DNA of 49,661 bases from Squatina squatina (taxonomy: Eukaryota), in contig JARFOE010000192.1 in assembly GCA_031763465.1 (NCBI GenBank), forward strand, positions 5,666,041-5,715,701, read 5' to 3'. Below are positions 38,072 to 49,661 of this stretch, piece by piece. A program made the position numbers and the translations under genes. Numbering within the stretch: the first letter of the stretch is position 1; the number at the start of each line of letters is the position of its first letter. Under the pieces are notes generated by a model. That model made no database searches and was not told the origin of the DNA. It saw nothing but the letters and a program-made list of their open reading frames with translations.

Positions 38072-39706
38072 GTGTGCCTTTGCCTGTCCTCGTGCTCCTA
38101 CGCAGTGCTATCCTTATGGCTGCAGCATGGTTGGTGGAAAGCTGCTGACTTTCAGTTGGGGAGACTGCAGATTTCCTTGCAGGACGACCTTGAGCAGCTC
38201 TGGACCTAGTCGGCCCAGCTTCGGACTGTACTACCTTGGCACGGACAGCAGCAATCTGGGCAGGCTGGTTGACTAGCAACAGCAAGGGCACTGGCGCCAT
38301 GCCAGTGGTGGGAGGATGAAAGCTGTCATCCTGAGAGAAGATAGCAGGTTTGTGCTGCATGGAGCCATTGCCACATCCCCTGCTGGAGGACAGATTTTTG
38401 GACTGCTTGGACACCCTGCAAGGCCCTTTCAACACTAGTAAACCAAGTCATGATGGCAGCAGTCTGTGCTCATGTGGTAGCAAGCTAGGCTTGCATGACT
38501 TCAGTCTGAGCTTCCATTGCCACACTCAGATGTTGGGTGACTTCTGCTTGTACTGCAATGGAAGCTGAGACATTGGTCAGCAGACGCTACATGATGGTTG
38601 GGTCCACAAGTGCACTAATGGATCTGCCCACCTCTAACGTGCTGGAAAGGATGGGCTCCAAGCTCTGAGCAAAGCCCTGTGTGGGGTTGGAACTGGACTC
38701 CTCCATGCTGTTTGACATTGCATTCAGGCTTTCTGGCAGTCCATGCCAATGCACCAAGCATTTTGTTGTGTCTACCGATTAGCTTTGTTCAGTCGGCCAC
38801 CCCATCGAAGTCCTCATCGGAGTCTTCTGAAGCAAAACTTGCGTGCAACCTCTCCCGGAGAATTGGCACCTGCGCTACCCTTTTCCCTCTGCTCTGGCTC
38901 ACCACGAGCAGATCCCACCTTTTAAACTACCCTCTAAAGTCTGCGCAGTGCTAGTATCTGAGTTGGTGGCTGCGACTGTCAGATCGAATGACGCTGTTTC
39001 TTCAGCACTCTCCTCTTCCTCTTCCTCTTGGACTAATGCCTGCTTGAATTTCTTGGGTCTCAAATGAGAAAGGCTCATGGCGAGGTTGTGTGAAGGTGAG
39101 GGCGGTGGACAAAAACAAGAGCCGCATGCTTACAGCACCTGCAGCTTGTAAATCAGAAGAGGTTGTGGGATGAGGGGAAAGTGGGTTGTGGAAAGGAGTA
39201 TTCGGTATGAGCATACTGTCATGTTCAATGGTTTCAGCACCGCCACTGCCTCAGTCACAACCGTCTCCTCGAGGTGGTTCAGGATGTGGAGGTGTGCCTG
39301 TCCCCCACTGGTAAGCTGTTGCTGCCTACGGTTGTATGCCACCTTGTCCTGCAAGACGGGAGGGGAAGAGTGTCAGTGAGTGTGGTTCAATGTGTTTGGC
39401 TGATGTATCATGCTTGAGTAGCTGGCAGTGTGTGCAAGCTGTGAGATATGGGTGTGAGGCTTGTAATAGTGGTAAGTATGTGAGGGTGAGGTGGAGCATA
39501 TGAATGAGCCCTGTTTGATAAAGATTGTTGACGGGTGAGTAATGGGGGTATAGTGAATTGAGCAGTGTTAGGTTAGTGGTGCAGTTTGTGGGATATGGCA
39601 TTTGAATATGCATTCTCTGACCATGACCAATCGTGTGAGGTCATTGAACTTCTTGCGTCACTGTATCCAGACCATCGGGGCAACACTGTTGGCAATGATC
39701 TCTGGC
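38072..39706 (-). mobile_element. PIF/Harbinger Myb/SANT-like gene relic, copy 2
   Basis: ANSVAPMVWIQ*RKKFNDLTRLVM then GT; next exon DKVAYNRRQQQLTSGGQAHLHILNHLEE; colinear homology with copy 1 (e.g. 38450-38680 vs 36650-36870). Confidence 0.75.
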
Positions 39707-40559
39707 NNNNNNNNNNNNNNNNNNNNNNNNNNNNNNNNNNNNNNNNNNNNNNNNNNNNNNNNNNNNNNNNNNNNNNNNNNNNNNNNNNNNNNNNNNNNNN
39801 NNNNNNTGCTGACGAACCTGCTGTTCATCTCCAGCATTTTCTGTTTTTAATTACAGCTGTATATTTTTGTAAGTTTTTTTTGCCAAATTGTCTTTAAAAG
39901 ACAGGATTGTAATGATCAACTCTGATTCTTCCACTCCCTTATCACTTCTCTCCTGGGAAGAATCCAGACCAAAATAACTCAAATTGAAGCGCTTTATTTA
40001 TGAATGAATACCCTCATTTCTTATTAATGTGAGCACAATTTGAGATTCAGTATTGATGTTTGCAAGCCACCATTTCTAGCTTGAGTCTGTCAGTACTGTC
40101 ACTAAGCAACTTGTGGCATGTAGCTAGGGGTTTGGGCTTTAAATCCTGGGAGACATTCAGCCATGTCATTTTGCGCAGAAACAGACTTATCAAGATTACA
40201 ACAACAACATGCATTTATAAAATTTTGCCAGACTAACTGAGTATGGAATCAGGAACAAATCCAGGATCATTGGATGCACTGCCTGTAACTTGTTTGAATA
40301 TTTTAAGAGATAAATCTCCAATGTGAGATTTCTGTTTATGTTGTGGAAAAGTGGAAGGACTGTGGGCTTGGGTAACAAGACACAAAAGCTTAGGCATGAA
40401 AAGTCTGAATATAGGTTGCAAGGAAAAGAAAACTTGAGGTGCAGGGATTGCTGGATTTCCAAGTCTAAGGTCTAAATAGGAATTGAGATCACAATAAGGG
40501 TTGCCTGTAATTTACTAAGTAAAGGAAAGCAACGTGACATAAATTAAATTTATCATTAA

Positions 40560-40770
40560 AAATCTGACCCTAATTTAAAGTTGTACGCCTGTTTCAGGTG
40601 GGCGGGCTACTTGCCCATTTACAAGCCTGCCTCATTTTGCAGCAGGCGGATCTTGGGTATTAATGGGAGGCTGAGGTCCCGTCCCACGACCACCCCACCA
40701 TGATTTTCAACTGCCGACAGGCCACTCTTCCAGGCATAAAATGGGCGGACTGGAGTTGAATTTCTCCCCT
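40560..40770. mobile_element. MITE-like remnant
   Basis: GC-rich block ending gttgaatttctcccc. Confidence 0.35.
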
Positions 40771-41159
40771 ACTAAGTCACAAAGTATTCCAAGGTTACTT
40801 TTCAACATACTCCCATCACCAACATATGAAAATGGAAATACTGAAGCCTGGATGTTGTAGATTTTACGTTACTCTATCTTGGCTATCGCTGCCAGCCTCC
40901 GGGAGCAGTGCGAACAGACAGAAACACTGATGGGGAGGCTTAGCTGGGGTGAAAGTGACTCAAGTTCTCACATCTCTTAACCACATCTTTTTAATTACAA
41001 TATATCAAATATACCTGTGGTATATTGCTTGACTGCAAACAAAGCTTAGAAAAAGGAATAAAATATTGGGAAAACAGAATCGGAGCTAAATGGTGTCAAA
41101 GAAAGGAAAGGGAAGAAAACCTAATCAAAAAATGTTCAGATGTACGATGAAGCCAATGG

Positions 41160-41291
41160 AGTGTACTCACTATTCTAATGTTGGGAAACATTGCAGTCAA
41201 TATGGACACAGAAATGCCCCATAAACAGCAATGAGATAATGAACAAGCAATCTGATTTTTAGTGATGTTGGTTGAGAGATAAATATTGACT
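41160..41291 (-). mobile_element. Deu-SINE fragment
   Basis: gtgtactcactattctaatgttgggaaac...aaacagcaatgagataatga...tttagtgatgttggttgagagataaatattg. Confidence 0.75.
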
Positions 41292-42647
41292 NNNNNNNNN
41301 NNNNNNNNNNNNNNNNNNNNNNNNNNNNNNNNNNNNNNNNNNNNNNNNNNNNNNNNNNNNNNNNNNNNNNNNNNNNNNNNNNNNNNNNNNNCCCACTCTC
41401 TAGCGCCTCAAGACATCCTACCGCTCCCAGCCAGCGTACTATACACCTTCAGTGGAAGTGGATACATACAGGCTACATTTACACTTCCAGGAAAATTGCA
41501 TCTAATCAGCGCTTGAGTGCTAAACCTGCAGTTAGGTTTCAGCACGTTTAAAATCATAATTATCAATTAACTCAAAAATTACATGCTAAATCCACACTTT
41601 CAAACAGGCGTTTCTTATTGGCACAGCACCCATTTAGCATCTGTTTTCACCCTTTGGCCAAAATAACCCCCCATGACTTTCCATTTGCATGAATTGCGCT
41701 CTTGCAGAGTCCATGAAGCTTTGCAAAGGTCAGAGGGCCCCAATGTAGTTCTACATTGACTGTCAGAGACTTCCGTGAAATATATCGGGTCTCACAATTT
41801 TGTAACATTTCAGAGACTAAAAAACAGACACTCCATACAAAGAATATAAGGAGGGTCGAGGACTGGGAGAGATGGAGACGCATGATCCACCAAGCAATGC
41901 TCTGAAGGAGCATGTTACTTCATGCAAAGCCATACAGCCTGCATGAGATAGAAAGCCATTTCATTGTGCACAGTATTAATTGCTCTCACCATGTACGTCA
42001 CAGAGAGAAATTACAATAAGCAGCATGATACATTAATTAAAAAAATGATATAGAGAAACACATGAGATCCAAATTTTAGGCACTTATTTAAAATGGTACT
42101 AGCTGCAGAATGTAATAAGGTTATCAGAAGTTTTTCAATTTTTTTCCCTGTTGTTTAATTAACTTTTCTTGTGAGTGTTCATTAAATTATGACAAGCAGC
42201 TGTGAAGATATTCAGCAGTAATTAACCTTTCGTGCCAACTAGTGATGGTTTTGTTTTAAAGGCCAGGGCTCTGCTGAAAAATGAGCTCATAGTTAAAATG
42301 TGGATGCAGAAAAATGATATGTAAAATAATGTGAGCATTTGACTGTACTATACTTTCTCACTTCTCATTTGGGACTGAAGGTTGGAGGTTTCTGACATGG
42401 AAGAATGGCAAAACATTGGGTCTGAAATTACGGTCTCCGTGACAGCGTAGGTACGCCGTCGTGATCCATTTGAGAAGGCCTCGGAAGTTCCGGATTTCCG
42501 CGTGCGCTTGCACATGTGTGAAATCCAGAACTTGCAATCTGTCAAGGNNNNNNNNNNNNNNNNNNNNNNNNNNNNNNNNNNNNNNNNNNNNNNNNNNNNN
42601 NNNNNNNNNNNNNNNNNNNNNNNNNNNNNNNNNNNNNNNNNNNNNNN

Positions 42648-43290
42648 AGGCCTATATTCTCTCGAGTTTAGAAGAATGAGAGGTGATCTCATTGAAACAT
42701 ACAAAATTCTTACAGGGCTTGACAGGGTAAATGCTGGGAGGATATTTTCCCAGGGAGTCGAGAACAAGGGGTCATCCATAGAAACATAGACATAGAAAAT
42801 AGGAGCAGGAGTAGGCCATTCGGCCCTTCGAGCCTGCTCCACCATACAATACCATCATGGCTGATCCTCTATCTCATCGCCGTATTCCTGCTTTCTCCCC
42901 ATATCCCTTGATGTCTTTAGTGTCTAAAAATCTATCTATTTCCTTCTTGAATATACTCAGTGAACCGGCCTCCACAGCCCTCTGCGGTGGAGAATTCCAC
43001 AGGTTCACTGCCCTCTGTGTGAAGAACTACCCTCTGTGTGCATTTAGGATGGAGATGAAGAGAAATTTCTTCACTCAAAGGATTCTCTACCCCAGAGAGC
43101 TGTGGATGCTCCGTTGTTGAGTATATTCAAGCCAGAGTTCGATAGATTTTTGGATACTAAGGGAATCAAGGGATATGGAGGTAGTGCAGAAAGGTGGAGT
43201 TGAGGTAGAAGATCAGCCATCACCTTACTGAATGGCAGAGTAAGCTCAAAAGGACCGAATGGCTTACTCCTGCTCCAATTTCTTACATTA
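42648..43290 (+). mobile_element. CR1 3' region with a nested opposite-strand CR1 3' end (~42779-43030)
   Basis: GLYSLEFRRMRGDLIETYKILTGLDRV, interrupted by atagaaacatagacatagaaaataggagcaggagtaggcc..., resuming at catttaggatggagatgaag. Confidence 0.85.
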
Positions 43291-44062
43291 TCAAGCAGAC
43301 CTTATAGGAAACCCCATTCAACCTACACAGGTGGCATCAAAGCTCCTCCACTACCTCTACAGTCTCAGCTGTCAATTTTAAAAATCCAGACATTTCCCAC
43401 CCCTGCGAGTCTTACCCCTCCCCATATCTGGAGTACCATCCTGGGAATTCTCGGTCTCAGTCCCTTCCATCACTCAACTACCCAGCAAGTCAGAAGAGCG
43501 ATTTTACACAGAATTGACACACATGGATTCATTACATGACTCATTTCCTGTGACTAACTGATGGATTCCTAAAGTTATTGCGCCGTTCAAATCACTGAAC
43601 ATATTTAGCACAGGCATTGGTAGCAGAGAACTATTGCAAAATAAAAAGTCCCAATGAACATACAGTACAACTGTCCAGAGTTCCTGTGAGTGTTGTGAAA
43701 GCTGGATGGTTATTTCTGAATCTGTGGTGTCAAGTTCTAATTCTGTTCTGGCACATTGAGAGGAAAAACAGGAACTGATAACCCATTAACAGCATCTCTT
43801 TTGAGAATTTTGTGTTAAAAGCAGAGGATAAATCATTCTTGGAAACCAAACACTTCCAGTTCAAGCACCCAGCATCAAGCACCCAGCATCAAGCACTCCC
43901 AAGATCACGTATAGCACAGGTAGATGCAGAGTAACCAAACTCATAAAAGCACCCTTACACCNNNNNNNNNNNNNNNNNNNNNNNNNNNNNNNNNNNNNNN
44001 NNNNNNNNNNNNNNNNNNNNNNNNNNNNNNNNNNNNNNNNNNNNNNNNNNNNNNNNNNNNNC

Positions 44063-44185
44063 TGGCGCGTTGACCTATATTTCGCTTTAGGAATGCTGGG
44101 GTTTGGTCTTTATGTTTTGCTGGGCATCACTTCTCTTCCATCAGTCAGCAATGCTGTAAACTGGAGAGAGTTCCGATTTGTGCAG
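44063..44185 (+). CDS. STEAP4: STEAP4 metalloreductase, penultimate exon (5' part lost in gap)
   Basis: [41 protein letters not shown] followed by a GT donor at 44186. Confidence 0.95.
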
Positions 44186-44640
44186 GTACTACTTACTGTG
44201 TATGTCTGTTGAACCAGTAACTCAGATCACCAAATTAGATAAAGATATTGCATTATTAATACAGACATCACACTAATCACATTATGTTCGGGCAGAGTAT
44301 GCCCATCCCTCTGATGCAGGCATACTTACAAGTTTTCCTCTATAGTAGATTCTCTTGAAATCAGTAAAAGGTTTATGTTGGTCCTTTCAATTAATAAAGA
44401 AAAAAGACCACTGATAACAGAATTAAGTAGTTTTATTTTGTATCAAAATACACCTAATTTAGTTTTTTATTTGTAAGTACATTGTCAAGGTAGTTAAGGT
44501 AACTGAAGTTGCATGTGTGATTGGAATTGTCTTTGTTTATTGGCAAATGTTTGTAGCAATATCAAGTAAAATTTTGTAAATTAGTGCATTTTATTTTTGC
44601 AAATGAAAACTGACTAAATGATTTCTCCATTGTCTTGCAG

Positions 44641-44910
44641 TCCAAGCTGGGCCATGTAACCCTCCTGCTGTGCACCGCACATGCTGCAGTATTTGGCTGG
44701 GACAGATTTCTGCAATCAAGTCGGTACAAGTGGGGACTTCCACCTGCATACATGCTGGGCATGGTGATTCCCTGCATTGTGCTGGTTCTAAAGCTGATTC
44801 TCATAACTCCATGTGTAGACAGAATGATCACCAGAATCCGGCAGGGCTGGGACAGCAAACCAAAAAATAAAGCAGCGCCAGCATGCATTAACAATGCATC
44901 ACTTATATGA
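44641..44910 (+). CDS. STEAP4: STEAP4 last coding exon
   Basis: Branch-point-like tgactaa and ttgtcttgcag acceptor; SKLGHVTLLLCTAH...LPPAYMLGMVIPCIVLVLKLILITPCVDRMITRIRQGWD...*, in phase with the previous exon; contains the heme-ligand His of CTAH. Confidence 0.95.
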   Translation, partial: SKLGHVTLLLCTAHAAVFGWDRFLQSSRYKWGLPPAYMLGMVIPCIVLVLKLILITPCVDRMITRIRQGWDSKPKNKAAPACINNASLI

Positions 44911-45801
44911 AGAGTATTTGGGGCCGGTTGTCCTCTGCCTTGTGCCCAGGAAACATTCCGTTCTTGAACACAAAGCAGAGGACAAACGGGCAAAGCTCCA
45001 TAATGCTGAGTTCCTGCTCCATTGCCCATGGATTTCTGTGGGTTCCCTTGAGGAGGGTGGAGTGCTTGCATCTGGTCCAAGCAAACGCATTCAAGTGGCA
45101 TTTAATTGATGGGGGAGGGACAAAATAGCACCTTGCAGCAATATTTTCCTGCCTCCATGCTCATTTGGAGGTGTACCCCGAAGATGTGGTTTTTAAGCCT
45201 GATGCCTAGTCCCACCTAGATCAAAAGATCTAAGCAGGACTTGGATCCCAACTGTCAGAACCATTCTAAAGATAAATTCCTTCTTGTTCAGTATCACCAG
45301 AAAGAGAGCGAGGGCCAGAGGACTTCTGTTGTTATTGCTTTGGACAACACCCAGTCAACTCCAAAGCTGGCAGCCATCAATGCTGCTGAGGCCTGCAACA
45401 GTGGCTGGCCTTCTTTCCCACTTACAGGTGCGAGGCCTTGCTGGGGTGGGTTTGTGCCAGGGGAATGTCCGGTCAATTTAAATTAGCTGAACCCAGAAAT
45501 TTTGACAGTATAAGTCAGCTGAGAGGCTCTCCACCTGATTAACACGCAGGCTGGGCGAGGGGGAATTGGCCCTCTTGGTTTTATTTCTAGCAGTTTTCTC
45601 CCACACATTGTTTTTTTGCAACAGGCAAAGGACTGGTCTAAGACTCTGAGCCAGGGTTCAAATGCAACACAAATTGACAGACTAAAAGGCTCCTCCATGG
45701 CNNNNNNNNNNNNNNNNNNNNNNNNNNNNNNNNNNNNNNNNNNNNNNNNNNNNNNNNNNNNNNNNNNNNNNNNNNNNNNNNNNNNNNNNNNNNNNNNNNN
45801 N

Positions 45802-45888
45802 GGGGCTCCTGGAGGTGGAGGTTATGCTGCGTTTGCAAGCCAACAGCAGGACCCACTCTACGGATACTTTGCTGCAGTGGCTGGTCAA
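45802..45888 (+). CDS. SRI: Sorcin exon 2 (5' edge in gap)
   Basis: GAPGGGGYAAFASQQQDPLYGYFAAVAGQ then GTAAGT donor; matches the sorcin QDPLYGYFAAVAGQ motif; downstream of STEAP4 as in human. Confidence 0.92.
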
Positions 45889-46074
45889 GTAAGTCTACTC
45901 CAAATTAAATTAGGATTTGTAAGCTTGTGAAGGCACCCAAATACAGTACAAATCTACCAGAACCATTGCCTTTTTAAAAATTTTGATGCAGTGTTTTTAA
46001 AAAAAAAAAATGCTTTATGTAATTGCAATCTGATCCCAATCCCGCTCATTAATTGGTTGATGAATTACCACAAT

Positions 46075-46314
46075 AATATGGTTACAATGGGAGATTTTAA
46101 TTTTCACAAACTGAACAGCTCAAGTACTAAAGACAGTGAATTTTCTAGAATGTATTCAGGACAGCTTTCTATCAGTTTTAGAACCGACAAGGGAACAGGC
46201 CGTACTAGATTGTGATCAGTAACCAACCAGAATTGGTTAACAATCTGACAGTAAGGACACATCTTGGGACTAGTAACTGTAATGTGATTGAATTTGATAT
46301 TGGGTTTGAGAGGA
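46075..46314 (+). mobile_element. CR1 endonuclease fragment
   Basis: MVTMGDFNF and VISNQPELVNNLTVRTHLGTSNCNVIEFDI. Confidence 0.75.
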
Positions 46315-47004
46315 NNNNNNNNNNNNNNNNNNNNNNNNNNNNNNNNNNNNNNNNNNNNNNNNNNNNNNNNNNNNNNNNNNNNNNNNNNNNNNNNNNNNNN
46401 NNNNNNNNNNNNNNTAAACATTTTATGATTTCTTTTTCAGTTCATCATGTGCACCATGTGTATTTAACTGAAGCAAGACTGAAAAGAAAACTGAACTTTC
46501 CAAAAGAACCTAATCTCTTCCTCTTGAGTGCCCAGTCTAATAGCCAGCTACAACATTATGCAATGTTATACAATATATATGTAAAGAGAAGTGCATGATA
46601 TGGAATGTATGAGTTTTGGCTGATTATATAATGCTGCACTAGGTAACTGCTGTGAAATCAGTTTTAACTTTTTAATAATGATGGACATTGATTTTTGTAC
46701 TGAATTCTGCCAAATATTGCTTGGTTGATATTGAACATTTTGCAAGCTTATATGAGCAACAAAAAACAATGTAGGTTCCATAATGAAGGTATTGAATTAA
46801 AACACAAGTTGCACAAACCCTACTGTTCATTTTATGTGTTTGGTTTATATTTGTTGAGGTAAGGATAATTAGAAGAATTCATCCAACAACACAAGGAAAT
46901 GAAGTCCTGCTTGGTGAGCTGAAAATACACATTTAGATCAATGTTCTTCCAAATCTGTTCATAGAGAAGTGAGTATGTGTTGGGTGTCCTTCACTCACTG
47001 CACA

Positions 47005-47554
47005 TTGTGCTTGACTCTGAGTCAGAAGGTTGTGGGTTTGAGCCCCACGCCAGGACTGCAGCACATAATCTAGGCTGACACTTCAGTGTAGTACTGCTAG
47101 ACAGAATGGCTGCATTGGTGGGTGTTGTCCTTCAGGTGAGATTTAAATTGAGACCTTAAAATTGTGCCCAAATCGGGCAAGTGAGGCAGACGGCAGAACC
47201 ACAGCAAATTGGTCTTGTTTGTTACCGGTGAGCTGCGAACTTCAGCTGCAGTCAGCTAAGGGCCTCGGATGAGTCCACGGAAGGGGGCTGGCGGTGGCCA
47301 TCAGCAACCCATGAATTTAATGTGGAGCCAGCCGGAGAAGATAAGTAAAAGTGATCAAACCTGCCTAGTTCAGGTGGATGTAAAAGAGCCCATAGGACAA
47401 TATTTGAAGAACAGGGCAGTTCTCTTTGCATCTCTCAAACACCACCAAAAACAGATTAATCTCACTGACTTGTGGGACCTTGCTGCGCACCTACAAAACT
47501 AGAGTGATTACACTTAAAAGGTAACTAATTTGGTTGTGAAATTCTATGGAACAT
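47005..47554 (+). mobile_element. Deu-SINE (SacSINE1-like) interrupted by a ~200-bp insert at 47157-47360
   Basis: ctctgagtcagaaggttgtgggtt...gcacataatctaggctgacac; SINE sequence resumes at caggtggatgtaaaagagcccat. Confidence 0.8.
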
Positions 47555-47803
47555 NNNNNNNNNNNNNNNNNNNNNNNNNNNNNNNNNNNNNNNNNNNNNN
47601 NNNNNNNNNNNNNNNNNNNNNNNNNNNNNNNNNNNNNNNNNNNNNNNNNNNNNNGGTTAGTATGGACCTAGCTTATTACCAACAGAAAATAGTATTTGCC
47701 CAACTAGACTGGTGTTTGAAAAAACTTGCATACACCCACCTTGCAGCATCTAAACAATTCTACTAGTGTATAAACAGTCTATTGTAATTACCAGATGAAG
47801 GAA

Positions 47804-48209
47804 AGACTTGCATTTATATAGCATCATTTGCGGCCTCAGGACGTTCCAAAGCACTTTACAACCAATGAAGTACTTCTGGAGTGTAGTCACTATTGTAATG
47901 TAGGAAGCATAGCAANNNNNNNNNNTTATGTTGATTGAGGGCTAAATATTGGCTAGGACATCAGGGATAACTCTCCTGTTCTTCTTCGAAATAGTGCCTG
48001 GGGATCTTATACATGCACCTGAGAATGCAGATAGGGCCTCGCTTCAATGTCTCATCCGAAAGATGGCAACTCCGACAGTGCAGCACTCCCTCAGCACTAC
48101 ACTGAGTGTCAGCCTAGATTTCTGTGCTCAAGTCGCTAAAGTGGGACTTGAACCCACAACCTTCTGACTCAGAGGCAAGTGCGCTACCCGCTGAGCCACG
48201 GCTGACACT
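47804..48209 (-). mobile_element. Near full-length Deu-SINE (SacSINE1-like) with TSD
   Basis: tRNA-like head gtgtcagccgtggctcagcgggtagc...ggttcaagtccc (A and B boxes), Deu body, tail ...tatataaatgcaagtct; flanks gatgaaggaa (47794-47803) and gatggaggaa (48210-48219). Confidence 0.88.
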
Positions 48210-48210
48210 G

Positions 48211-49210
48211 ATGGAGGAATCTAAGCCTGGTCAACTTTTCATCAGGTACCACCTTCTTAGTCTAGACTTAACATGATCACAGTTTGATTCAATACAGAAT
48301 CACAAGCTTCTATGACCCAATAGTTTAAAGAATGTAAACAATCCAAATTCTGCAGTTAGCATTCTATGCTCCAGAACTAATTTTGTAGCTATTTTTGAAG
48401 CAGCAGAAATAAATATCCAGAGAAAATCTGAGAAATGAATAACAGGAAAACAAACAAGCCCTACATGGTCAACTTCCACCAACCTTCCATGAAGTCCTAA
48501 GGCATTTGTAAAGAAATATGGACACAAGAAGAATTCTCTTGAGTCACTCCTATTCACAAACCAGGAGATTTCTTCACAAACAAGTTAAGGTGGGTTTCTT
48601 ACCAATTTTACTGAAGGAAACAAATAGTGCATTTGGTTCATCAACGTTGGTGATACGCAGAGAACCATTTCTGTCTGAACAAGAACTTAATTCTCCAAAG
48701 TTTCCAGATGACAACATTAACACCAACAATCTTCATGAAGAAATCGTGTCTGCAAATTCATCATTGACATGCTCAGCTCATACTGAAAGACATGCAACAC
48801 AGATGCTTCCTGGTATAAGAACTTACGGACATTTAGAATGGTTCCATTATGAATTACCAGTACCACTCTATCCCTCTTTCTGGGATGTTCTCACAAGCAA
48901 AGAAGTTCCTAGGTCTGCTGAACAAAATTCTCCAGGAAGTGAAATGAACATTAAAGTAAATAGTAACAGCTGCATATCAATTCCTCCAATTTTAACAGTT
49001 ACCACACCGTACAAATGTACCAACATTGCTCAGCAAACAAAAACACAGAAGGCAACTCCATCTCCATTCCTCATCAATGACTACAAGTGTGTGAATTTTG
49101 ATCCATCCTTGACACCATACTGGAAGCAGGAGATCTTCATTCCACGTCCGCTCAAAGAAGCAAAATATAAAATTCAATGGATTGTGCAGTACAAAAAGAT
49201 TATAAAATAG
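48211..49210 (+). pseudogene. Unidentified decayed coding-like sequence containing a 230-codon ORF (48518-49210)
   Basis: Long open frame in AT-rich DNA; an upstream different frame is broken mainly by TGA codons; no homolog recognised. Confidence 0.4.
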
Positions 49211-49661
49211 CCATAAACATATCATCTAAATTATGAGCAGAATTCTGGAAAACGTAAAAATATGGAAACATAAATCAATATTTATTAAAAATTTCCAAGG
49301 AAAATGTCAAGAATACATAGATTTTACAACAGGCCAAAGAGTGATAGACCCCAAAAATTCTCAGTAGTTGCCCAACCCCTCCAGTCCACATTTACTGTAT
49401 TTTATTTTCACTTGAGTTTATAAATAATTACAACATGAATTCAACATAGAAGTTGTTAGGAAAAAAGGTCGAGTTTCTTGCAGCTTCTCCTCTTGAGCAT
49501 CATTTTTACTTGTAGGAATTTGCTTTATGTTTAGGCAGGAAGGTGAAATTAGGAGGAACGGGTCCCAATAGCATTTCACTAATATCAGAATAGAATACGC
49601 AAGTCTTAGAATAATTGAATATCTCGGTACATATTAAAATCATGCTTTTAAAAATTCAACC

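Noticed and set aside
43861-43900. 14-bp tandem repeat tcaagcacccagca
   Set aside because: Only about 2.5 copies; ordinary slippage next to a repeat remnant.
44562-45128. 179-aa antisense ORF and small ORFs past the STEAP4 stop
   Set aside because: They are shadow frames of the STEAP4 exon and 3' UTR with no recognisable homology.
48130-48209. tRNA-like sequence
   Set aside because: It is the tRNA-derived head of a SINE and continues directly into the SINE body.
48211-48590. In-frame TGA codons as selenocysteine or an alternative genetic code
   Set aside because: No SECIS or selenoprotein motif was recognised; a TAA and a frameshift follow; CpG decay of Arg codons is simpler.

Overview
Eukaryotic, repeat-rich vertebrate DNA, most likely a cartilaginous fish (inferred from SacSINE1-like Deu-SINEs plus CR1, L2, RTE and Penelope families). 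The window is a fragmented scaffold of short contigs joined by about 26 uniform 100-N gaps, one 621-N gap and two 10-N gaps, so distances are unreliable and most exons are missing. Recognisable host-gene pieces are ZNF804B coding exon 1 (24750-24860, -), the last two STEAP4 exons (44063-44185 and 44641-44910, +) and a sorcin (SRI) exon (45802-45888, +). They lie in the same order and relative orientation as human 7q21. The rest is mostly decayed transposons. Points of interest: minimal hammerhead-ribozyme motifs in Penelope pLTR fragments, a GC/CpG-rich foreign-looking LINE fragment fused to a SINE through a 19-bp tandem repeat, two intron-containing Harbinger Myb/SANT gene relics, and an unidentified ~1 kb decayed coding-like segment next to a SINE. 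No prokaryotic-type system (CRISPR, operon) is present, and I cannot support a claim of a wholly new biological system.
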